Assembly (NCBI GenBank): GCA_002189035.1
Contig: NEEC01000315.1
Coordinates: forward strand, 1-17,143
From: Utricularia gibba
Taxonomy: Eukaryota; Plantae; Magnoliophyta
Reading direction: 5' to 3'
Length of the DNA: 17,143 nt
Of the stretch, positions 1-12,626 are shown piece by piece. The translations under genes were made by a program, and so were the position numbers. The notes under the pieces are model-generated. The model was not told the origin of the DNA. It was given only the letters and a program-made list of their open reading frames with translations, and ran no database searches. Position 1 is the first letter of the stretch, and every line of letters begins with the position of its first letter.

Positions 1-2954
1 TCAGAATTCATCTACTATGCGATCAAGTTGGAAAAAAGTCACATGCTACATCATGAATTTCGTGGCATCACTTATCCCAACACTGTTATACACTCTGGAT
101 ATGCGTAAATATTTATTTTTAATGAATCCCGTGCACGTGTGATTTTTAGGATGCACCCCGAATGATGATGCGCAATGAAATGACTACGTCGCACATCCTG
201 GTCCGCGAAGCACCTCTTGCATAACATGCAGATCCTTGCTCTTCATAGCACACTGTTGGGAAGCCCTTTTCGAGCTCCAAGTATTATAATTTGGAGTTAC
301 GTTTGTCCGATAACTGTGGACATATTAAAAAAAGCCACAACGAAAAGGTGTCTCACGTGGCATTCCTTGGTGCTGCATTTAATAATGTGCTTTCTGTTCT
401 CGAAATTGATGCGAACAACATACAAGCAAAAGAATCAAATAGCCACTAGAGACATGGTATCGGGAATGGTGCATCAAGAATCAGAAGTATCATAGCAACT
501 AAATGCATCAACATATGGTGTCAGAATTCATCTACTATGCGATCAAGTTGGAAAAAAGTCACATGTTACATCATGAATTTCGTGGCATCACTTATCCCAA
601 CACTGTTATACACTCTGGATATGCGTAAATATTTATTTTTAATGAATCCCGTGCACGTGTGATTTTTAGGATGCACCCCGAATGATGATGCGCAATGAAA
701 TGACTACGTCGCACATCCTGGTCCGCGAAGCACTCTTGCATAACATGCAGATCCTTGCTCTTCATAGCACACTGTTGGGAAGCCCTTTTCGAGCTCCAAG
801 TATTATAATTTGGAGTTACGTTTGTCCGATAACTGGGACATATTAAAAACAAGCCACAACGAAAAGTGTCTTAGGTGTCCTTTCTTGGTGGCTGCGTCTA
901 AAATGTGCTTCTCGTTCTCGACATTGATGCAAATGGGATACACGGCAAAAGAATCAAATAGCCACTAGAGACATGGTGTATGGGAATGGTGCATCAAGAA
1001 TCAGAAGTATCATAGCAACTAATTGAATCAATCAACAGCCAAAACATATGGTGTCAAACTTCATCGGATATGCGATCAAGATGGAAAAAAGTCACATGTT
1101 ACATCATGAATTTCGTGGCATCACTTATCCCAACACTGTTATACACTCTGATATGCGTAATATTTATTTTTAAAAAAAAATTTGCCGTGGAACATCCCGA
1201 ATGATGATGCGCAATGAAATGACTACGTCGCACATCCTGGTCCGCGAAGCACCTCTTGCATAACATGCAGATCCTTGCTCTTCATAGCACACTGTTGGGA
1301 AGCCCTTTTCGAGCTCCAAGTATTATAATTTGGAGTTACGTTTGTCCGATAACTGTGGACATATTAAAAAAGGGCCACAACGAAAGGTGTCTCACGTGGC
1401 ATTCCGTGGTGACTGCATTTAATAATGTGCTTCATGTTCTCGAAATTTGATGCGAACAACATACAAGGCAAAAGAATCAAATAGCCACTAGAGACATGGT
1501 ATACGGGAATGGTGCATCAAGAATCAGAAGTATCATAGCAACTAAATGCATCAACATATGGTGTCAGAATTCATCTACTATGCGATCAAGTTGGAAAAAA
1601 GTCACATGCTACATCATGAATTTCGTGGCATCACTTATCCCAACACTGTTTATACACTCTGGATATGCGTAAATATTTATTTTTAATGAATCCCGTGCAC
1701 GTGTGATTTTTAGGATGCACCCCGAATGATGATGCGCAATGAAATGACTACGTCGCACATCCTGGTCCGCGAAGCACCTCTTGCATAACATGCAGATCCT
1801 TGCTCTTCATAGCACACTGTTGGGAAGCCCTTTTCGAGCTCCAAGTATTATAATTTGGAGTTACGTTTGTCCGATAACTGTGGACATATTAAAAACAAGC
1901 CACAACGAAAAGTGTCTTAGGGTCCTTTCTTGGTGGCTGCGTCTAAGAATGTGCTTCTCGTTCTCGACATTGATGCAAATGGGATACACGGCAAAAGAAT
2001 CAAATAGCCACTAGAGACATGGTGTATGGGAATGGTGCATCAAGAATCAGAAGTATCATAGCAACTAATTGAATCAATCAACAGCCAAAACATATGGTGT
2101 CAAACTTCATCGGATATGCGATCAAGATGGAAAAAAGTCACATGTTACATCATGAATTTCGTGGCATCACTTATCCCAACACTGTTATACACTCTGGATA
2201 TGCGTAAATATTTATTTTTAAAAATCCGTGCACGTGTGATTTTTCGGATGCACCCCGAATGATGATGCGCAATGAAATGACTACGTCGCACATCCTGGTC
2301 CGCGAAGCACCTCTTGCATAACATGCAGATCCTTGCTCTTCATAGCACACTGTTGGGAAGCCCTTTTCGAGCTCCAAGTATTATAATTTGGAGTTACGTT
2401 TGTCCGATAACTGTGGACATATTAAAAAAGGGCCACAACGAAAGGTGTCTCACGTGGCATTCCGTGGTGACTGCATTTAATAATGTGCTTCATGTTCTCG
2501 AAATTGATGCGAACAACATACAAGGCAAAAGAATCAAATAGCCACTAGAGACATGGTATACGGGAATGGTGCATCAAGAATCAGAAGTATCATAGCAACT
2601 AAATGCATCAACATATGGTGTCAGAATTCATCTACTATGCGATCAAGTTGGAAAAAAGTCACATGCTACATCATGAATTCGTGGCGTCACTTATTGTATA
2701 CACTCTGGATATGCGTAAATATTTATTTTTAATGAATCCCGTGCACGTGTGATTTTTAGGATGCACCCGAATGATGATGCGCAATGAAATGACTACGTCG
2801 CACATCCTGGTCCGCGAAGCACCTCTTGCATAACATGCAGATCTTGCTCTTCATAGCACACTGTTGGGAAGCCCTTTTCGAGCTCCAAGTATTATAATTT
2901 GGAGTTACGTTTGTCCGATAACTGTGGACATATTAAAAACAAGCCACAACGAAA

Positions 2955-3050
2955 AGGTGAATCCCATTTAATAATGTGCACTCGAAATTGTGCGATTCAA
3001 AAGAATTAGCCACTAGGACATGCACATCCCGAACTAAATGCATGATTCAT
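2955..3050. repeat. Compressed, scrambled unit (Y head, X tail); core spacing 430 bp
   Basis: It starts with Y-type AAAAACAAGCCAC, continues as short X fragments with deletions, and rejoins the X tail at TTCATCTACTATGCG. Confidence 0.85.
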
Positions 3051-5000
3051 CTACTATGCGATCAAGTTGGAAAAAAGTCACATGCTACATCATGAATTTC
3101 GTGGCATCACTTATCCCAACACTGTATACACTCTGGATATGCGTAAATATTTATTTTTAATGAATCCCGTGCACGTGTGATTTTTAGGATGCACCCCGAA
3201 TGATGATGCGCAATGAAATGACTACGTCGCACATCCTGGTCCGCGAAGCACCTCTTGCATAACATGCAGATCCTTGCTCTTCATAGCACACTGTTGGGAA
3301 GCCCTTTTCGAGCTCCAAGTATTATAATTTGGAGTTACGTTTGTCCGATAACTGTGGACATATTAAAAACAAGCCACAACGAAAAGTGTCTTAGGTGTCC
3401 TTTCTTGGTGGCTGCGTCTAAGAATGTGCTTCTCGTTCTCGACATTGATGCAAATGGGATACACGGCAAAAGAATCAAATAGCCACTAGAGACATGGTGT
3501 ATGGGAATGGTGCATCAAGAATCAGAAGTATCATAGCAACTAATTGAATCAATCAACAGCCAAAACATATGGTGTCAAACTTCATCGGATATGCGATCAA
3601 GATGGAAAAAAGTCACATGTTACATCATGAATTTCGTGGCATCACTTATCCCAACACTGTTATATACTCTGGATATGCGTAAATATTTATTTTTAACAAA
3701 TCCGTGCACGTGTGATTTTTTTGCACCCGAATGTGATGCGCAATGAAATGACTACGTCGCACATCCTGGTCCGCGAAGCACCTCTGCATAACATGCAGAT
3801 CCTTGCTCTTCATAGCACACTGTTGGGAAGCCCTTTCGAGCTCCAAGTATTATAATTTGGAGTTACGTTTGTCCGATAACTGTGGACATATTAAAAAAGG
3901 GCCACAACGAAAGGTGTCTCACGTGGCATTCCGTGGTGACTGCATTTAATAATGTGCTTCATGTTCTCGAAATTGATGCGAACAACATACAAGGCAAAAG
4001 AATCAAATAGCCACTAGAGACATGGTATACGGGAATGGTGCATCAAGAATCAGAAGTATCATAGCAACTAAATGCATCAACATATGGTGTCAGAATTCAT
4101 CTACTATGCGATCAAGTTGGAAAAAAGTCACATGCTACATCATGAATTTCGTGGCATCACTTATCCCAACACTGTTATACACTCTGGATATGCGTAAATA
4201 TTTATTTTTAATGAATCCCGTGCACGTGTGATTTTTAGGATGCACCCCGAATGATGATGCGCAATGAAATGACTACGTCGCACATCCTGGTCCGCGAAGC
4301 ACCTCTTGCATAACATGCAGATCCTTGCTCTTCATAGCACACTGTTGGGAAGCCCTTTTCGAGCTCCAAGTATTATAATTTGAGTTACGTTTGTCCGATA
4401 ACTGTGGACATATTAAAAACAAGCCACAACGAAAAGGTCTTAGGTGCCTTTCTTGGTGGCTGCGTCTAAGAATGTGCTTCTCGTTCTCGACATTGATGCA
4501 AATGGGATACGGCAAAAGAATCAAATAGCCACTAGAGACATGGTGTATGGGAATGGTGCATCAAGAATCAGAAGTATCATAGCAACTAATTGAATCAATC
4601 AACAGCCAAAACATATGGTGTCAAACTTCATCGGATATGCGATCAAGATGGAAAAAAGTCACATGTTACATCATGAATTTCGTGGCATCACTTATCCCAA
4701 CACTGTTGTATACTCTGGATATGCGTAAATATTTATTTTTAAATGCGTGTGATTTTTCGGATGCACCCCGAATGATGATGCGCAATGAAATGACTACGTC
4801 GCACATCCTGGTCCGCGAACACCTCTTGCATAACATGCAGATCCTTGCTCTTCATAGCACACTGTTGGGAAGCCCTTTCGAGCTCCAAGTATTATAATTT
4901 GGAGTTACGTTTGTCCGATAACTGTGGACATATTAAAAAAGCCACAACGAAAGGTGTCTCACGTGGCATTCCGTGGTGACTGCATTTAATAATGTGCTTC

Positions 5001-5025
5001 ATGATTGGTCGCATCAAGAATGCAG
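5001..5025. repeat. X unit with a ~70-bp internal deletion; core spacing 453 bp
   Basis: The sequence jumps from CTTCATG to (ATTGGTC)GCATCAAG; 523-453=70. Confidence 0.85.
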
Positions 5026-5390
5026 AAGTATCATAGCAACTAAATGCATCAACATATGGTGTCAGAATTCATCTACTATGCGATCAAGTTGGAAAAAAGT
5101 CACATGCTACATCATGAATTTCGTGGCATCACTTATCCCAACACTGTTATACACTCTGGATATGCGTAAATATTTATTTTTAATGAATCCCGTGCACGTG
5201 TGATTTTTAGGATGCACCCCGAATGATGATGCGCAATGAAATGACTACGTCGCACATCCTGGTCCGCGAAGCACCTCTTGCATAACATGCAGATCCTTGC
5301 TCTTCATAGCACACTGTTGGGAAGCCCTTTTCGAGCTCCAAGTATTATAATTTGGAGTTACGTTTGTCCGATAACTGTGGACATATTAAA

Positions 5391-5440
5391 ACAACATACA
5401 ACAGTGTCAAGGTGTCCTATGCGATTGGTTGCGTCTAAGT
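5391..5440. repeat. Truncated unit; core spacing 340 bp
   Basis: A short scrambled Y-like body ends GCGTCTAAG and joins directly to TCACATGCTAC of the X tail. Confidence 0.85.
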
Positions 5441-6802
5441 CACATGCTACATCATGAATTTCGTGGCATCACTTATCCCAACACTGTTATACACTCTGGA
5501 TATGCGTAAATATTTATTTTTAATGAATCCCGTGCACGTGTGATTTTTAGGATGCACCCCGAATGATGATGCGCAATGAAATGACTACGTCGCACATCCT
5601 GGTCCGCGAAGCACCTCTTGCATAACATGCAGATCCTTGCTCTTCATAGCACACTGTTGGGAAGCCCTTTTCGAGCTCCAAGTATTATAATTTGGAGTTA
5701 CGTTTGTCCGATAACTGTGGACATATTAAAACAAGCCACAACGAAAAGTGTCTTAGGTGTCCTTTCTTGGTGGCTGCGTCTAAGAATGTGCTTCTCGTTC
5801 TCGACATTGATGCAAATGGGATACACGGCAAAAGAATCAAATAGCCACTAGAGACATGGTGTATGGGAATGGTGCATCAAGAATCAGAAGTATCATAGCA
5901 ACTAATTGAATCAATCAACAGCCAAAACATATGGTGTCAAACTTCATCGGATATGCGATCAAGATGGAAAAAAGTCACATGTTACATCATGAATTTCGTG
6001 GCATCACTTATCCCAACTGTATACACTCTGGATATGCGTAAATATTTATTTTTAACAATCCCGTGCACGTGTGATTTTTAGGATGCACCCGAATGATGAT
6101 GCGCAATGAAATGACTACGTCGCACATCCTGGTCCGCGAAGCACCTCTTGCATAACATGCAGATCCTTGCTCTTCATAGCACACTGTTGGGAAGCCCTTT
6201 TCGAGCTCCAAGTATTATAATTTGGAGTTACGTTTGTCCGATAACTGTGGACATATTAAAAAAGCCACAACGAAAGGTGTCTCACGTGGCATTCCGTGGT
6301 GACTGCATTTAATAATGTGCTTCATGTTCTCGAAATTGATGCGAACAACATACAAGGCAAAAGAATCAAATAGCCACTAGAGACATGGTATACGGGAATG
6401 GTGCATCAAGAATCAGAAGTATCATAGCAACTAAATGCATCAACATATGGTGTCAGAATTCATCTACTATGCGATCAAGTTGGAAAAAAGTCACATGCTA
6501 CATCATGAATTTCGTGGCATCACTTATCCCAACACTGTTATACACTCTGGATATGCGTAAATATTATTTTTAATGAATCCCGTGCACGTGTGATTTTTAG
6601 GATGCACCCCGAATGATGATGCGCAATGAAATGACTACGTCGCACATCCTGGTCCGCGAAGCACCTCTTGCATAACATGCAGATCCTTGCTCTTCATAGC
6701 ACACTGTTGGGAAGCCCTTTTCGAGCTCCAAGTATTATAATTTGGAGTTACGTTTGTCCGATAACTGTGGACATATTAAAAACAAGCCACAACGAAAAGT
6801 GT

Positions 6803-7412
6803 CCACAACGAAAGGTAGTTCATCACAGAATGGCATTCAAAGCGGATATGGTCAAGACTGCATTTAACTAATGTGCTTCATGTTCTGTGATTTTTAGGAA
6901 CAACATACAAGGATGAAAGCGCAAATGAGCCACTACGTCGACACATACGGGAATGAAGCATGCATCAAGAATCAGAAGTATCATAGCAACTAAATGCATC
7001 AACATATGGTGTCAGAATTCATCTACTATGCGATCAAGTTGGAAAAAAGTCACATGCTACATCACTGTTGGGCGTAAGCCCGCATCACTGCTCCACAGTT
7101 ATAACATTCTGGAGTTACGCGTATGTTTATAACTGTGGACATATTAATGAACACACGTGGTGTTCATGCACATTCGTGGTGACTGATGCGATCAATGAAA
7201 TAATACATACGTCGTTCACATCCTGGTCAACGAAGCACCTCTGGTGCAAAAACATGCAGATCCTTGCTCTTCATAGCACACTGTTGGGAAGCCCTTTTCG
7301 AGCTCCAAGTATTATAATTTGGAGTTACGTTTGTCCGATAACTGTGGACATATTAAAAACGGGACAACATCAAGAATCAGTCCTAGCAACTAAATGCATG
7401 CAACATATCTAT
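6803..7412. repeat. Scrambled, interleaved repeat fragments across two units; core spacings 577 and 388 bp
   Basis: The region is made only of short pieces of core, body and tail in alternation, e.g. 7071-7150 interleaves core and tail words. One intact core copy lies at ~7251-7359. Confidence 0.85.
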
Positions 7413-9860
7413 GGTGTCAGAATTCATCTACTATGCGATCAAGTTGGAAAAAAGTCACATGCTACATCATGAATTTCGTGGCATCACTTATCCCAACACT
7501 GTTATACACTCTGGATATGCGTAAATATTTATTTTTAATGAATCCCGTGCACGTGTGATTTTTAGGATGCACCCCGAATGATGATGCGCAATGAAATGAC
7601 TACGTCGCACATCCTGGTCCGCGAAGCACCTCTTGCATAACATGCAGATCCTTGCTCTTCATAGCACACTGTTGGGAAGCCCTTTTCGAGCTCCAAGTAT
7701 TATAATTTGGAGTTACGTTTGTCCGATAACTGTGGACATATTAAAACAAGCCACAACGAAAAGTGTCTTAGGTGTCCTTTCTTGGTGGCTGCGTCTAAGA
7801 ATGTGCTTCTCGTTCTCGACATTGATGCAAATGGGATACACGGCAAAAGAATCAAATAGCCACTAGAGACATGGTGTATGGGAATGGTGCATCAAGAATC
7901 AGAAGTATCATAGCAACTAATTGAATCAATCAACAGCCAAAACATATGGTGTCAAACTTCATCGGATATGCGATCAAGATGGAAAAAAGTCACATGTTAC
8001 ATCATGAATTTCGTGGCATCACTTATCCCAACACTGTTATACACTCTGGATATGCGTAAATATTTATTTTTAAAATCCCGTGCACGTGTGATTTTTAGGA
8101 TGCACCCCGAATGTGATGCGCAATGAAATGACTACGTCGCACATCCTGGTCCGCGAACACCTCTTGCATAACATGCAGATCCTTGCTCTTCATAGCACAC
8201 TGTTGGGAAGCCCTTTCGAGCTCCAAGTATTATAATTTGGAGTTACGTTTGTCCGATAACTGTGGACATATTAAAAAAGGGCCACAACGAAAGGTGTCTC
8301 ACGTGGCATTCCGTGGTGACTGCATTTAATAATGTGCTTCATGTTCTCGAAATTGATGCGAACAACATACAAGGCAAAAGAATCAAATAGCCACTAGAGA
8401 CATGGTATACGGGAATGGTGCATCAAGAATCAGAAGTATCATAGCAACTAAATGCATCAACATATGGTGTCAGAATTCATCTACTATGCGATCAAGTTGG
8501 AAAAAAGTCACATGCTACATCATGAATTTCGTGGCATCACTTATCCCAACACTGTTATACACTCTGGATATGCGTAAATATTTATTTTTAATGAATCCCG
8601 TGCACGTGTGATTTTTAGGATGCACCCCGAATGATGATGCGCAATGAAATGACTACGTCGCACATCCTGGTCCGCGAAGCACCTCTTGCATAACATGCAG
8701 ATCCTTGCTCTTCATAGCACACTGTTGGGAAGCCCTTTTCGAGCTCCAAGTATTATAATTTGGAGTTACGTTTGTCCGATAACTGTGGACATATTAAAAA
8801 CAAGCCACAACGAAAAGTGTCTTAGGTGTCCTTTCTTGGTGGCTGCGTCTAAGAATGTGCTTCTCGTTCTCGACATTGATGCAAATGGGATACACGGCAA
8901 AAGAATCAAATAGCCACTAGAGACATGGTGTATGGGAATGGTGCATCAAGAATCAGAAGTATCATAGCAACTAATTGAATCAATCAACAGCCAAAACATA
9001 TGGTGTCAAACTTCATCGGATATGCGATCAAGATGGAAAAAAGTCACATGTTACATCATGAATTTCGTGGCATCACTTATCCCAACACTGTTCACTCGGA
9101 TATGCGTAAATATTTATTTTTAATGAATCCGTGCACGTGTGATTTTTAGGATGCACCCCGAATGATGATGCGCAATGAAATGACTACGTCGCACATCCTG
9201 GTCCGCGAAGCACCTCTTGCATAACATGCAGATCCTTGCTCTTCATAGCACACTGTTGGGAAGCCCTTTTCGAGCTCCAAGTATTATAATTTGGAGTTAC
9301 GTTTGTCCGATAACTGTGGACATATTAAAAAAAGCCACAACGAAAGGTGTCTCACGTGGCATTCCGTGGTGACTGCATTTAATAATGTGCTTCATGTTCT
9401 CGAAATTGATGCGAACAACATACAAGGCAAAAGAATCAAATAGCCACTAGAGACATGGTATACGGGAATGGTGCATCAAGAATCAGAAGTATCATAGCAA
9501 CTAAATGCATCAACATATGGTGTCAGAATTCATCTACTATGCGATCAAGTTGGAAAAAAGTCACATGCTACATCATGAATTTCGTGGCATCACTTATCCC
9601 AACACTGTTATACACTCTGGATATGCGTAAATATTTATTTTTAATGAATCCCGTGCACGTGTGATTTTTAGGATGCACCCCGAATGATGATGCGCAATGA
9701 AATGACTACGTCGCACATCCTGGTCCGCGAAGCACCTCTTGCATAACATGCAGATCCTTGCTCTTCATAGCACACTGTTGGGAAGCCCTTTTCGAGCTCC
9801 AAGTATTATAATTTGGAGTTACGTTTGTCCGATAACTGTGGACATATTAAAAACAAGCCA

Positions 9861-11455
9861 CAACGAAAAGTGTCTTAGGTGTTTTCTTGGTGCTGCGTCT
9901 AAGAATGTGCTTCTGTTCTCGACATTGATGCAAAACATACACGGCAAAAGAATCAAATAGCCACTAGAGACATGGTATAGGGAATGGTGCATCAAGAATC
10001 AGAAGTATCATAGCAACTAAATGAATCAACACATATGGTGTCAAACTTCATCGGATATGCGATCAAGTTGGAAAAAAGTCACATGTACATCATGAATTTC
10101 GTGGCATCACTTATCCCAACACTGTTATACACTCTGGATATGCGTAAATATTTATTTTTAATGAATCCCGTGCACGTGTGATTTAGGATGCACCCGAATG
10201 ATGATGCGCAATGAAATGACTACGTCGCACATCCTGGTCCGCGAAGCACCTCTTGCATAACATGCAGATCCTTGCTCTTCATAGCACACTGTTGGGAAGC
10301 CCTTTTCGAGCTCCAAGTATTATAATTTGGAGTTACGTTTGTCCGATAACTGTGGACATATTAAAAAAGGATACTGCGTTCTCGAAATTGATTTCATAGC
10401 CACTTTTATGGGACATCAATCCCGCATCAACACAACATATGCACGTGTTGGAAAAAAGTCACATTACATCATCGGCATGCACTCCCGAATGTGCACCCCG
10501 AATGATGATGCGCAATGAAATGACTACGTCGCACATCCTGGTCCGCGAAGCACCTCTTGCATAACATGCAGATCCTTGCTCTTCATAGCACACTGTTGGG
10601 AAGCCCTTTTCGAGCTCCAAGTATTATAATTTGGAGTTACGTTTGTCCGATAACTGTGGACATATTAAAAAAAGCCACAACGAAAAGTGTCTTAGGTGGT
10701 TCATTCTTGGTGCTGCGATCTAAGAATGTGCTTCATGTTCTCGAAATTGATGCAAAACATACAAGGCAAAAGAATCAAATAGCCACTAGAGACATGGTAT
10801 ACGGGAATGGTGCATCAAGAATCAGAAGTATCATAGCAACTAAATGCATCAACACATATGGTGTCAAACTTCATCTATATGCGATCAAGATGGAAAAAAG
10901 TCACATGCTACATCATGAATTTCGTGGCATCACTTATCCCAACACTGTTATACACTCTGGATATGCGTAAATATTTATTTTTAATGATCCCGTGCACGTG
11001 TGATTTTTAGGATGCACCCCGAATGATGATGCGCAATGAAATGACTACGTCGCACATCCTGGTCCGCGAAAGCACCTCTTGCATAACATGCAGATCCTTG
11101 CTCTTCATAGCACACTGTTGGGAAGCCCTTTTCGAGCTCCAAGTATTATAATTTGGAGTTACGTTTGTCCGATAACTGTGGACATATTAAAAAAAGGAGC
11201 CACACACAAGAAACGGTGTCTCACGTGGCATTACACGTGGTGACTGCATATTACATAATTGAATGCATTCATGTTCTCGATAAAATATGAATGCGAACAA
11301 ACAATGACAATATGGTACAAAATGCAGATCAAATGAGCCACTCCAAGAGACATGGATATAGCGGGAATTTCGGTGACATCAAGAATCAGGCAAGTAATAG
11401 CCATAGCAACTACAAGAATCAGCATAGCAACAATGCATCAAGGTGTCAGAATTCA
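9861..11455. repeat. Cluster of four aberrant units (hybrid, truncated, hybrid, expanded); core spacings 514, 304, 522 and 583 bp
   Basis: X/Y allele mixing occurs at 9881-10090 and 10670-10900, collapse at 10369-10495, and many 1-4 nt insertions at 11185-11445. Confidence 0.85.
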
Positions 11456-12310
11456 TCTACTATGCGATCAAGTTGGAAAAAAGTCACATGCTACATCATG
11501 AATTTCGTGGCATCACTTATCCCAACACTGTTATACACTCTGGATATGCGTAAATATTTATTTTTAATGAATCCCGTGCACGTGTGATTTTTAGGATGCA
11601 CCCCGAATGATGATGCGCAATGAAATGACTACGTCGCACATCCTGGTCCGCGAAGCACCTCTTGCATAACATGCAGATCCTTGCTCTTCATAGCACACTG
11701 TTGGGAAGCCCTTTTCGAGCTCCAAGTATTATAATTTGGAGTTACGTTTGTCCGATAACTGTGGACATATTAAAAACAAGCCACAACGAAAAGTGTCTTA
11801 GGTGTCCTTTCTTGGTGGCTGCGTCTAAGAATGTGCTTCTCGTTCTCGACATTGATGCAAATGGGATACACGGCAAAAGAATCAAATAGCCACTAGAGAC
11901 ATGGTGTATGGGAATGGTGCATCAAGAATCAGAAGTATCATAGCAACTAATTGAATCAATCAACAGCCAAAACATATGGTGTCAAACTTCATCGGATATG
12001 CGATCAAGATGGAAAAAAGTCACATGTTACATCATGAATTTCGTGGCATCACTTATCCCAACACTGTTATACACTCAGGATATGCGTAAATATTTATTTT
12101 TAATGCAATCCGTGCACGTGTGATTTTTCGGCTGCATCCCGAATGTGATGCGCAATGAAATGACTACGTCGCACATCCTGGTCCGCGAAGCACCTCTTGC
12201 ATAACATGCAGATCCTTGCTCTTCATAGCACACTGTTGGGAAGCCCTTTTCGAGCTCCAAGTATTATAATTTGGAGTTACGTTTGTCCGATAACTGTGGA
12301 CATATTAAAA

Positions 12311-12406
12311 AAGGGCCACAACGAAAGGTGTCTCACGTGGCATTCCGTGGTGACTGCATTTAATAATGTGCTTCATGTTCTCGAAATTGATGCGAACAAC
12401 ATACAA
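12311..12406. other. X allele of the 96-bp hypervariable block (Y allele at 12834-12929)
   Basis: Gap-free manual alignment of the X and Y alleles gives 23 substitutions in 96 nt (24%). Confidence 0.92.
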
Positions 12407-12608
12407 GGCAAAAGAATCAAATAGCCACTAGAGACATGGTATACGGGAATGGTGCATCAAGAATCAGAAGTATCATAGCAACTAAATGCATCAACATATG
12501 GTGTCAGAATTCATCTACTATGCGATCAAGTTGGAAAAAAGTCACATGCTACATCATGAATTTCGTGGCATCACTTATCCCAACACTGTTATACACTCTG
12601 GATATGCG

Positions 12609-12626
12609 TAAATATTTATTTTTAAT
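12609..12626. other. 18-nt pure A/T tract present once per monomer
   Basis: TAAATATTTATTTTTAAT in X; Y has the same tract ending ...TTTTTAAC. Confidence 0.85.

Noticed and set aside
7068-7472. 134-aa ORF
   Set aside because: It is created by scrambled repeat fragments that are probably artefactual.
10557-10970. 137-aa ORF, the longest in the track
   Set aside because: It is a fusion of three different monomer reading frames through indels in one hybrid unit and is seen only once among 34 copies.
11231-11587. 98-aa and 64-aa ORFs in the inflated unit
   Set aside because: They arise from the insertion-riddled segment and are not reproduced in other units.
12075-12260. Minus-strand ORFs (ELEKGFPTVCYEEQ... 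and related frames)
   Set aside because: They are short, their ends vary with single-base indels between copies, and I recognise no protein family.
12197-12424. Recurrent 75-aa ORF MHNMQILALHS... present at equal length in both X and Y
   Set aside because: It starts at TTG and has no recognisable domain. Of 19 codons that differ between X and Y only 4 are synonymous, so there is no sign of purifying selection. Staying open through 23 substitutions is not improbable, and the frame is often broken in other copies.
12488-12608. Peptide ...SHMLHHEFRGITYPNT... reminiscent of the EFRGI word in FAR1/MULE SWIM fingers
   Set aside because: It lacks the required Cys/His ligand spacing and is bounded by stops, so it is probably a coincidental 5-residue match.
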